64,000 bases of DNA from Abditibacterium sp. (lineage in GTDB: Bacteria; Armatimonadota; Abditibacteriia; Abditibacteriales; Abditibacteriaceae), in NCBI GenBank assembly GCA_965246885.1, contig OZ251992.1, positions 2,240,001 through 2,304,000 of the forward strand. The letters run 5' to 3'. Positions 1-16,537 of the stretch are shown one piece after another. The position numbers and the translations under genes were made by a program. The notes beneath the pieces are model-generated. The model was given only the letters and a program-made list of their open reading frames with translations, was not told the origin of the DNA and did no database searches. Within the stretch, counting starts at the first letter, position 1. Every line of letters starts with the position of its first letter.

Positions 1-4244
<4,244 letters not shown>

Positions 4245-4304
4245 TGAGTGTTAGGGTGGAACAGGGTGTTCCGGTTAGCTGGTGTTCACTTGCAAAACTG
4301 TCTC

Positions 4305-4571
4305 TTACGAGGGGAAAGGTAGTTGTTTCACGCGCAGTTCAAAGCGTTCAACTTGAAGTTGGAAGCGTTCGAGCGCGGTTTCGACGCGCTCCTTTTGGAT
4401 TCCTTCGCGCTCTTCGAGGCGGGCGACGCGCAGGTTGAGATCATTGACGAGATCAACCAACTTCTCGAAGCCTTCTTGCAAGTCGCCCAAGTCTTGGCGC
4501 GCTTGTCCGACCCTCTCCTTTGTCAAAAATGCGGAGGACAAACCCTCGCCGAGTAACTCCAGAGGGTTCAC
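4305..4571 (-). CDS. small hypothetical coiled-coil protein (88 aa)
   Basis: Co-oriented with rpoBC; heptad-like L/E/R-rich sequence; GTG start overlaps the upstream stop (GTGA, 4568-4571). Confidence 0.7.
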   Translation of the reverse strand: MNPLELLGEGLSSAFLTKERVGQARQDLGDLQEGFEKLVDLVNDLNLRVARLEEREGIQKERVETALERFQLQVERFELRVKQLPFPS

Positions 4572-4813
4572 GGGCGCATCGCCTCTAACTTCGCCTTAAC
4601 GCGTTTATTGAAGGACTGCATGGATTCCGACATACGTTCTAACTCCTCTCCCGTTTCCTTCTGAAGTTGGATGAATTTACGCAGAAGTTCGAGTTCTTCG
4701 GGAGATAACTCTCTTTCTGCTGCGACGGGGACGATTTGTCCCCGCATTGGGCCGGAGAGCAGAACGGCTTCGAGTGTCTCCTCCGTCAGTGATGGAGCTA
4801 TGGTGTAACTCAT
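4568..4813 (-). CDS. small hypothetical protein (81 aa) with helical C-terminal half
   Basis: ATG after an AT-rich leader; stop overlaps the next start; visibly more AT-rich codons than rpoB. Confidence 0.7.
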   Translation of the reverse strand: MSYTIAPSLTEETLEAVLLSGPMRGQIVPVAAERELSPEELELLRKFIQLQKETGEELERMSESMQSFNKRVKAKLEAMRP

Positions 4814-4834
4814 AATAAAAAGATTTCCCCCATC

Positions 4835-4913
4835 GGAGCCGCGCCCTCTTTTTCAACGCGGGGCGCGGCCCCGTCTCCTTCTCTTTTCCAACGCGGGGCG
4901 CGGCCCCGTCTCC

Positions 4914-4915
<2 letters not shown>
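4835..4915. repeat. 35-bp tandem duplication containing a GC palindrome (REP-like)
   Basis: CTCTTTT(T/C)CAACGCGGGGCGCGGCCCCGTCTCCTT at 4846-4880 and 4881-4915 (1 mismatch); each copy has the hairpin CGGGGC-GCG-GCCCCG; inverted partial copy GGAGCCGCGCCC at 4835-4846. Confidence 0.85.
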
Positions 4916-9170
<4,255 letters not shown>

Positions 9171-9409
9171 AAAAATGAAGAGAACTGTCTTTGCAAAGAG
9201 AAACGGAGACGCGCTGTTTAAGGGCTAAGAAAAAGCAAAACGGAGCGCATCAGGAGGAGGAAGTCAAAGCGTTCGCGGGCGAACGTAGCAGGAAGGGCGC
9301 CTTACAAACGCCTGCAGTGGCACAGGGTTCCCGTTCTCTCGAACATCTTCTGAGTCCGTCATCTTTAACTTTTCACAACGAAAAAGCCCCGGTGTTTCAA
9401 TTTCTTCAA

Positions 9410-9619
9410 GGCAGACGGCTGCGACTCATTGCACGACGGCGGCGCGGGAAAGGTGGACACCTGTCCTTCGACGGCAGACTGTCGGCAGGGGAGGACAGAC
9501 GTCTGTCGTTCGTCCGCAGCCGCCCCGTTTTGTCTGACAGACGTCTGTCTTTGGGTGAGGGACATCCGATTTTTGGCGACAGATGGCGGTGATTGAGGCG
9601 CCGCCGTCTGGGAACCAAT
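9410..9619. repeat. degenerate 21-bp-period tandem array, 10 units (family A)
   Basis: Units in exact 21-bp register begin GGCAGACGG, GCACGACGG, GGTGGACAC, GGCAGACTG, GACAGACGT, CGCAGCCGC, GACAGACGT, GAGGGACAT, GACAGATGG, CGCCGCCGT; palindrome GACAGACGTCTGTC at 9494 and 9536. Confidence 0.75.
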
Positions 9620-9722
9620 GATTTACCGCGTTTGGATGGGCAAAGAGGTCAAACTTGGGAAAGCGCGGATTGAAAAATGCACGCGCGCCCGTTAGTAACA
9701 CTTTGGAGCCGTCGCTGATTTC

Positions 9723-10733
9723 ATGAAATTAGATTCCAACCTTTCGCTCGACTTATTCGCCGCCGAGGAATCCAACCCTGCACAGGAGCCAGCCATCAAA
9801 ATCGTCGCGGATAACATCTACGACGCTTTTGCGTTCTACGTTCGCATGGAAGTCGCCGACGGCGCCGCCACCGAAGATACCGTTGACGCTTACCACCGCG
9901 AGGTTGCCAACTGGGTGAAGTGGTGTCAGCAGCGCGACTTACCGCCCGAAGCCGCGCAACGTTACCATCTCGAAGCGTTCCGCGAAGACATGAAGCGGCG
10001 CGGCCTCAGCATCCCGACGCGTGCGCACAAGCTGTCTATCATCCGCCGCTTTTACGACGCAGCCATTTATGCTGGCCTTCGCAGCGATAACCCCGTCAAG
10101 GATGTCTGGGCTGGCAAAGACATGACCAACCCCGAAGAAAAGCTCAAAATCCTCTCCGAGGAAGCGTTGTCGGCTCTGGTGAATTCGCTGCCCAGCGAAG
10201 GCTTAAGCGGCAAGCGCGACCGTTGTATCGTCGCCCTTATGGCCGCGCACGGTCTGCGCCGTGTCGAAATCCACCGCCTCAACCATGAAGATATCGAAGG
10301 CGACTTTGCTTCAAACGAACCGGGCGCCCTCGTGGTGGACGGTAAAGCCCACAAGCTGCGCCGCGTTCACCTGCGCGCCGACACGTGGAAGACTGTTACC
10401 TCTTATATAGAAGAGAAACAGGCCGCCAACTACCAGACGCAAGGTGCCATTTTCGTCGGACACGGTAATAACGGACGAGGCCAGCGTCTATCCCGCGTTT
10501 CTATTAACGCCATTGTGGACAAGTACCTGAGCGCCTCGCACCTCAAGAAGGAGGGTGTTTCTTGCCACGCCCTGCGCAGTACGTTTGGGACGCTTGCCAT
10601 CGCGGGCGGTGCCAAGGTCGAACACTTGCGCGATGCGCTGGGCCACGCGCGCTTGGAGACGACGGGCATTTACGTGAAGGCGGTGGAGAAAGCGAAGAAC
10701 AACCCGGCCTTTTTGATCAACGTTGACTTTTGA
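9723..10733 (+). CDS. tyrosine recombinase (XerC/D-like site-specific integrase)
   Basis: SAM-like N-terminal domain; catalytic motifs HGLRRVEI (R), VDGK (K), HALRSTF (HxxR), LGHARLETTGIY (H, Y). Confidence 0.95.
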   Translation: MKLDSNLSLDLFAAEESNPAQEPAIKIVADNIYDAFAFYVRMEVADGAATEDTVDAYHREVANWVKWCQQRDLPPEAAQRYHLEAFREDMKRRGLSIPTRAHKLSIIRRFYDAAIYAGLRSDNPVKDVWAGKDMTNPEEKLKILSEEALSALVNSLPSEGLSGKRDRCIVALMAAHGLRRVEIHRLNHEDIEGDFASNEPGALVVDGKAHKLRRVHLRADTWKTVTSYIEEKQAANYQTQGAIFVGHGNNGRGQRLSRVSINAIVDKYLSASHLKKEGVSCHALRSTFGTLAIAGGAKVEHLRDALGHARLETTGIYVKAVEKAKNNPAFLINVDF

Positions 10734-10789
10734 GTTAACACAACGAAAAGCGGCATTAAGTCAATGTTTCCCAACCGAAACCCTGATTT

Positions 10790-12052
10790 CTAACTTTGAA
10801 TGGGCTTTAGTGCTTCCAATCTGTCAAGCCTGCGCACAACAGGCCACTGCGCGGCGACCAAAGCGACAACGACAAGAGTAACGACACCGCCCCCGGCCAC
10901 AGCCAACACTGGCCCCAGCAGTTGGGCGGCAAGCCCGGATTCCAGTTCGCCGATTTCGTTGCTGGTGCCGATAAACACGGAGTTAATGGCGTTGACGCGC
11001 CCGCGCATTTCATCGGGCGTCAGCAGTTGTAAGAGGGTGGAGCGAATGACGACAGAAATGTTGTCCAGACCACCCAAAGCGGCTAACATTAAGAGGGAAA
11101 ACCAGAAAGTGCGCGAAAGGCCGAACAAGATGGTGGCGCCGCCAAAACCCGCAACGGCCCACAACAAAGCGTGTCCGGCGCGGCGCAATGGCGGACGGGT
11201 GGTTAAGTACACGCTCATCAAAATGGCGCCGAAGGCCGGGGCCGCACGGAGAGGCCCTAATCCTTGTGCCCCAACGTGAAGAATGTCTTTCGCATAAACA
11301 GGTAATAGTGCCGTTGCCCCTCCAAATAAAACTGCGACCATATCGAGGGTGATGGTCGAGAGAATGAGGGGGTTGCCACGCACAAAATGCCATCCGCCCA
11401 GTAGGTGTCCCCAGTTCATTTTCTCAGCGCTACGTGTCTGCCCCTGTGGTTGGACGCGCGCCATCAAAACGCAAAAGGCCAACCGACCCACGCTGTCCAT
11501 TAAGTAGATGGGAGCGGCAGCCCCAAAAAAATGGATCAAATACCCGCCAGCGACGGGGCCAAGCGTCGAGGCCAGTTGCCACCGGATGGAACTCCACTTG
11601 GTCGCGTCAGGCAGTAGGTCATCGCCCACGATGTTGGCGACGAGGGCACCGAGCGCAGGGCCGAAAAAAGCGCCCGAAGTGGCCAACGCTAGAAAGAGAG
11701 CGTAGAACCAGCCAACCGGCAACGCTAAGCGCGACACCCAAAAAAGTAGCCCCAAACACAACGCGGAGAACAGCTGCGCCGCGACGACAACAGTTTTGCG
11801 GTTGAAGCGGTCAGCCACAGTCCCGGCGGGAAGCGCGAGCAAAATTACGGGCAGGGCACCAACTAAACCCAAGAAGCCCAACGAAATCGGCTGGCGGGTG
11901 CGCTCATATAGTTCCCAACTCGCCGCCACACCACTCATTTGCGCGCCGGAAGCGGCGAGGGCACCGCCAAGCCAATAGCGGCGGTAATCAGGCAAGCGCA
12001 AAACAGCCAAGCGGTCGTGGGGCGGAGTTTGGCTTTGGTTGTCAGGGGACAT
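10790..12052 (-). CDS. MFS transporter (EntS/DHA3-like)
   Basis: About 12 hydrophobic segments; motif A variant GTVADRFNRK; C-terminal TPDEMRGRVNA. Confidence 0.9.
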   Translation of the reverse strand: MSPDNQSQTPPHDRLAVLRLPDYRRYWLGGALAASGAQMSGVAASWELYERTRQPISLGFLGLVGALPVILLALPAGTVADRFNRKTVVVAAQLFSALCLGLLFWVSRLALPVGWFYALFLALATSGAFFGPALGALVANIVGDDLLPDATKWSSIRWQLASTLGPVAGGYLIHFFGAAAPIYLMDSVGRLAFCVLMARVQPQGQTRSAEKMNWGHLLGGWHFVRGNPLILSTITLDMVAVLFGGATALLPVYAKDILHVGAQGLGPLRAAPAFGAILMSVYLTTRPPLRRAGHALLWAVAGFGGATILFGLSRTFWFSLLMLAALGGLDNISVVIRSTLLQLLTPDEMRGRVNAINSVFIGTSNEIGELESGLAAQLLGPVLAVAGGGVVTLVVVALVAAQWPVVRRLDRLEALKPIQS

Positions 12053-12064
12053 AAAAGAGAGGGG

Positions 12065-12934
12065 TCAAACGGGGTGCTTGTAACTGAGCGACTGGCCAAT
12101 GAGGGCAGTGGCCTTGGAACGATTGAGGGTATAGAAGTGGAGACCATCCACGCCGTTGGCCAACAAGTCCTCACTTTGGCGGATGGCATATTCGACGCCT
12201 GCGGCGTGGACGCTTTGCGGATCGGATTCCAACGATTCCAGTTGAAGCAACAACGGGTGCGGAATTTTGGCGCCGCACATCGTCACAAAGCGCTTGGTTT
12301 GCGCGACGTTCAGGATGGGCATGAGGCCAGCGACAAGGGGCACATCGCAACCCATCGCGTGCAGGCGGTCGCGCCATCTATAAAAATCGGCGTTGTCGAA
12401 AAACAACTGAGTGATCACGAACGAGGCGCCCAAATCCACTTTCAGCTTCAAATACTCGGCGTCGCGTACCAAATTCAGGGATTGTGGATGACCTTCGGGG
12501 TAACCAGCGACACCGATACAAAAGTCGTGGCGCGCACGGGCAAAGCGAACCAAGTCGGAAGCGTTGGCGAATCCGCCCTCGGTGACCGAAAAAGTCTGCT
12601 GGCCGGGCGCGGCATCGCCGCGAAGCGCGAGGATGTTGCGAACGCCATCGCCCCACGCGCGGTCGAGGATATCGCCGATCTGATCTTGGGTGTATCCGGC
12701 GCAGGTGAGGTGGCTCATGGCACGAAAGCCCAACTCGTTCTGGACACGTGCTGCCAGTTCGATGGTCGGCTCAGCACCGCCACCGGTGCGGGTGATGGAA
12801 ACAAAGGAAGGCTGTAAAGGCCGCAGTTCGTTAATGGCCTCGAACAATTGCTTGTCGGCGTCTTCGTTTTTGGGTGGGAAGAACTCGAAGGAGAGGGTTT
12901 GGCGACCGGCGCCGAACATTTCGTCTATGCGCAT
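12065..12934 (-). CDS. metF: 5,10-methylenetetrahydrofolate reductase
   Basis: SFEFFPPK, HLTC, ILALRGD, VAGYPEGHP, ITQLFFD, GLHFYTLN. Confidence 0.97.
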   Translation of the reverse strand: MRIDEMFGAGRQTLSFEFFPPKNEDADKQLFEAINELRPLQPSFVSITRTGGGAEPTIELAARVQNELGFRAMSHLTCAGYTQDQIGDILDRAWGDGVRNILALRGDAAPGQQTFSVTEGGFANASDLVRFARARHDFCIGVAGYPEGHPQSLNLVRDAEYLKLKVDLGASFVITQLFFDNADFYRWRDRLHAMGCDVPLVAGLMPILNVAQTKRFVTMCGAKIPHPLLLQLESLESDPQSVHAAGVEYAIRQSEDLLANGVDGLHFYTLNRSKATALIGQSLSYKHPV

Positions 12935-13094
12935 AGAAACAAGTTAAACGGTACTGCGCCAAACAGGTTGCGCCCGAAAAGAGCAAACTCTGACGCTGAG
13001 CCGGAAGTCAGTTGGCGGCAGAGCGCCTTTCACCTGACCAAATAGAAATTGTGTCATGTAGAAATTCCACTGCCCCGATCAGGGGGCTTTCTTT

Positions 13095-13130
13095 TAAAAA
13101 CAAACCCGCGACACTTCGAGTGTCGCGGGT
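13095..13130 (-). terminator. intrinsic terminator of tmRNA
   Basis: 12-bp stem ACCCGCGACACT / AGTGTCGCGGGT followed by a T-rich tract on the minus strand. Confidence 0.8.
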
Positions 13131-13136
13131 CTGGGT

Positions 13137-13493
13137 TGGAGGCGGAGAGAGTTGAACTCTCGTCCTTCAAACGAACAATCGCAGCGTCTACGGGCATAGC
13201 TTCGCTTTAATTTAACGGGCAAGCTCCGACGAAGCGGCGGGATCTTGCGCGCGATTCTGAATTGATGCCAGTTTCAACCTTTGGATCAGACAAACCTCGA
13301 TTGAAACATCCGTCTTTATGATGACAGAGCAGCCCGACGGACAGGAACTACAACGTCACGGCGCCCTTAGGCAGCCAGAGCCACTGGCTCTTGGTAAGTG
13401 TTGGCAGTTAATTTTTTTGCCCCGTTTAACGTCTCTGAGCCAGACGACCCGCAACCGCGATCTTCAGATTCAAAGTCGAAACCTGTCGCCCCC
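13137..13493 (-). ncRNA. ssrA: tmRNA, one-piece; tag (A)ANTYQEPVALAA
   Basis: 5' GGGGGCGACAGGTTTCGAC; 3' T-arm GAGAGTTCAACTCTC and CGCCTCCA giving a G3-U acceptor pair; tag frame at 13405-13367 after TAACT ends LAA-stop; CCA not encoded. Confidence 0.95.
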
Positions 13494-13563
13494 GAAATTC
13501 AGGCACTTCCGTTGGAAGTCTTTATACAACGTCCAAGCACGCCTTTACGTTCCAACGCTCCGC

Positions 13564-16137
13564 CTATGCCTCGACTTCCAAGCTGGACACTTTGGCAAGA
13601 GCATTGGCCAAGCGCACACGCACCCGCAGCACGTTATCGGGGCGGCGCACCCACGCCGACGAGATAGGCCCGTTGAACGTCCAATTACCGGCAGGCGATT
13701 TATCCACCTGCATCTGTCCGGGCAGTTTTTGCCAGACCTTCGTTTGGGTGTTCCACACCTCCAAAGCTACCATCTGCCCCTGATGCGCGGCCATCACTGG
13801 AGGCGCCACCCGTCGCGTCGGATAACGTGGCAAAAAAGAGTAATCTTGGCGAATTCCTATGCCATGCGCCCGCAGAGTCCACGACTTCGCTTCCGGCAGT
13901 TCGCAATTAAACAAGGCGTAGCCGCCCTGACCGGGGTTGGAACCGGAAGAGAACGGTTCAAACGCGACGCGCTGACCGACGACCCGGTGGCTGGCAAGCG
14001 CCGGAGGTAACACTGGCGCGCGGAAGATGAACAGCGTCATTTGGCGGCCCTGCCCGTTCTGGGAGCCGATGGAGAATGGCGCGACCGATTGCTTGCCCCA
14101 CGCCAACAGCATCGGCTTGTTCACTCCCTCGCCCAGCGCCGCCGCGAGCGCGGCTTGGGGAATCCCGTTGGAGCGCGCGCTTGCATCGAAGACGGCGTCC
14201 AGCTGCGACGCTCGGATGATGGCGCCAGTAATATCAGCCCCATAGATGGCCGCGCCTTTGGTAGTCGTCGGGATTAGCACCGATTGACCATTCGGAAGCG
14301 TGCCCAACGCCTTGACTTGCCCGTCCTGCACCCACACGGCGCCGAACAGATCAATGCCCACACCGTTTTGCAGGCGGTTGTTGCTCAGCGTTAGGCCGCT
14401 TTTCAGGTCGCCCAAACTTTGCGCCGAAAAAGCCCGATCCGTCCACATCCGCACCGGAGCGCCCTCGATTTTGAAACTGCTGCCGTCGAGCGGCTCCGTC
14501 ACGCGAAAATCGCCCTGCACGCCCCCGGCCTCCGTCGCATAATCGCACAGCGCCGCGTTCTGCCCGCCCGTCGAGACATCGTACGTCGCGCGGCGCGGCG
14601 AAAACAGCCAAAAGAGCGAGTCCACCCGCCCTACCTTGGAACCAAGAGAGCTTTGCACGACGTCCATCTGGCGCGTCAGGATTGCCCGGCCACGAATCGA
14701 AAGCGCCTCACTGTACGCCCAAACGGAAAACGCGACGACAATGACGGGAATCGTGACCCAAGCCAATTCCCGCCGTTCAATTATGCGCAGGATGGCATAA
14801 TTGAACGGCACCAAAAAGAAAACGTAGAGAGCCAAAAACCACGCGATTTTGGAAACCGGCGGCATCGTCAATTGCTCGGCATGCGACAGAACCGACAGCA
14901 GTTGTCCCGTCAGCGACGACGGCCCAGTGTTGCCCCCATTATAAGAAGGCCGAGGGGAGTAGCCACCACCCGCAAAATTGGTGTACCCGGCGCTTAAGAA
15001 CTCCGCGTCCACTCCTTCCAGCGCCCTTGGCTTAGCAGTTTGACTAAATAGCTCGGCCCACAACTTCCCTTGACCACTCCATCCTTTAAAGGGGGGTTGT
15101 GAGGGGTCGTAAGAAAGAAACAGCACCCGTCCGGCCCCAACTTCGCGCTGCGCAAACAAAGGCTGCGCGGCAGTGCCCTCGCGTGGAGCCAACGCATCAG
15201 GTACTAAAGCGCCACGCGACACCAGAACCGGCGCACCCCCTAGACGGTCGGCGCCATTTCGGGGGTTGTCCACGTAGCGCCCGACTAAATCGGCAACTTC
15301 GGGAGAAGTCGCTGTCGCCGAGCCATTAAGGACGAGCGGCCACAGGTCTTTGAGAGGTGACGAACTTAGCCGCGCCGTGTTCGATCCGCCCATCACCACG
15401 AGCGTTCCGCCGCCGTTGACATACCCCCGAAGCGCATCTATTTGCGTTGGCGACAAGGAGATATGAGGGAAATCGCCCAACACCACCATATCGGCGTTCT
15501 CGAACCCAATCCAACGGTCGGGAATTAGCTCTTTCGGGATGGAAAACGGCGCGACAGGATTAAGCCCAGCCGCATAGTTGTTCATGGGCGCCTTGCCGTT
15601 GCGGAATAGCATCTGCGAGCGGAGCGCACGCAACGTCCCACCCAGACCGATGTCCGTATCGGAAACCACCACCACCTCGCGCTGCTCCGGGTCGGGTTGC
15701 GAAAAAGAAGCACGACCTTGGAGAGTATTAAAGCCCCGTCCGGAAAAAGAGACCTCGAAACCGTCCGCTTCGGCCCGATCCACGCGACCATAGAGCCATA
15801 CCAATTTATTGGACTTGGTGGGCAGGTCAACGCTCACGGTCACCGTATTGGGCGCGTAAGCGAAAGACTGCCCTTGGCCGGAAGCGAGACGAAGTTGCAA
15901 TTGCCCCGTTACTGGATCGCCAGTATTCGACAGCGTCACAGCGATGGGCACCCATTTCCCGGAACGGGCCGCAACGCTAAGAGGTGCATTCGCCCCCGCC
16001 ACCAGCGGAGTGCGGGCAAAGGGCGAACTCAACGCCATCTGGAGCGGCGCAGGCGTGGGTATCGGCGTTTGGGCGTAGCAGGGAACGCTCATCCAACACA
16101 AAAGAAGCAACAGGCCGAGCCATATACGGGGAGGCAT
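13564..16137 (-). CDS. large exported/membrane hypothetical protein with a glutamine-amidotransferase-like central domain
   Basis: Signal peptide; DMVVLGD..LSPTQIDALRGYVNGGGTLVVMGG; central TM pair FLALYVFFLVPFNY..LAWVTIPVIVVAFS. Confidence 0.8.
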   Translation of the reverse strand: MPPRIWLGLLLLLCWMSVPCYAQTPIPTPAPLQMALSSPFARTPLVAGANAPLSVAARSGKWVPIAVTLSNTGDPVTGQLQLRLASGQGQSFAYAPNTVTVSVDLPTKSNKLVWLYGRVDRAEADGFEVSFSGRGFNTLQGRASFSQPDPEQREVVVVSDTDIGLGGTLRALRSQMLFRNGKAPMNNYAAGLNPVAPFSIPKELIPDRWIGFENADMVVLGDFPHISLSPTQIDALRGYVNGGGTLVVMGGSNTARLSSSPLKDLWPLVLNGSATATSPEVADLVGRYVDNPRNGADRLGGAPVLVSRGALVPDALAPREGTAAQPLFAQREVGAGRVLFLSYDPSQPPFKGWSGQGKLWAELFSQTAKPRALEGVDAEFLSAGYTNFAGGGYSPRPSYNGGNTGPSSLTGQLLSVLSHAEQLTMPPVSKIAWFLALYVFFLVPFNYAILRIIERRELAWVTIPVIVVAFSVWAYSEALSIRGRAILTRQMDVVQSSLGSKVGRVDSLFWLFSPRRATYDVSTGGQNAALCDYATEAGGVQGDFRVTEPLDGSSFKIEGAPVRMWTDRAFSAQSLGDLKSGLTLSNNRLQNGVGIDLFGAVWVQDGQVKALGTLPNGQSVLIPTTTKGAAIYGADITGAIIRASQLDAVFDASARSNGIPQAALAAALGEGVNKPMLLAWGKQSVAPFSIGSQNGQGRQMTLFIFRAPVLPPALASHRVVGQRVAFEPFSSGSNPGQGGYALFNCELPEAKSWTLRAHGIGIRQDYSFLPRYPTRRVAPPVMAAHQGQMVALEVWNTQTKVWQKLPGQMQVDKSPAGNWTFNGPISSAWVRRPDNVLRVRVRLANALAKVSSLEVEA

Positions 16138-16275
16138 AATGCAATTTTAACCCGTCACATATTATAGGGCAGCGCGATGCGGTACAGGCACCGGGAACTA
16201 ACGGACGTTCCAAGTCTGGGTCAGCACTGTGGCCAACATCCAGCCTCTTTGGTTGTGATAGGTCAAAGTCAAAGA

Positions 16276-16485
16276 GAAACGTGTCTGCCGGGGGACGACA
16301 GGTGTCCGTCATTCAAGGAACGAAGGCGGCGGAGCGCCCGCCGCCGTCCCGGAGCGTTTGCCGCACGTCTCTCTTGTGGTGACAGACGTCTGCCACTCGC
16401 CGCCAGACGGCGGGCAACCCGTGACGGACGGCGGCGGAGCGTCCGCCGCCTCCTGCGGAGCGTCCAGCGACGTCCCGCAAAAACC
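16276..16485. repeat. degenerate 21-bp-period tandem array, 10 units (family A)
   Basis: Units begin GAAACGTGT, GACAGGTGT, GAACGAAGG, CGCCGCCGT, GCCGCACGT, GACAGACGT, GCCAGACGG, GACGGACGG, CGCCGCCTC, CAGCGACGT; shares GACAGACGTCTG and CGCCGCCGTC with 9410-9619. Confidence 0.75.
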
Positions 16486-16486
16486 G

Positions 16487-16515
16487 AAAACCCCGCGCCA
16501 GTTGGGGCGCGGGGT
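16487..16515 (-). terminator. intrinsic terminator after the metallophosphoesterase
   Basis: Stem CCCCGCGCC / GGCGCGGGG followed by TTTTCGGTTTTT on the minus strand. Confidence 0.7.
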
Positions 16516-16537
16516 CTGGGAGTGAACGGCGGAGGTT

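Noticed and set aside
9723..10733. Integron integrase with a cassette array
   Set aside because: No IntI-specific insertion before the HxxR motif and no attC-like repeats seen.
12935..13090. SAM/SAH riboswitch upstream of metF
   Set aside because: No recognisable core motifs by eye, and a -10-like box directly precedes the ATG; an Rfam scan would settle it.
9700..13165. Genomic island integrated at the tmRNA 3' end using the nearby recombinase
   Set aside because: No convincing duplicate of the ssrA 3' end was found (only TTGGAG near 9703), and the intervening genes are metF and an MFS transporter.
13318..14010. 230-aa plus-strand ORF
   Set aside because: Antisense to the tmRNA and to the 857-aa gene.
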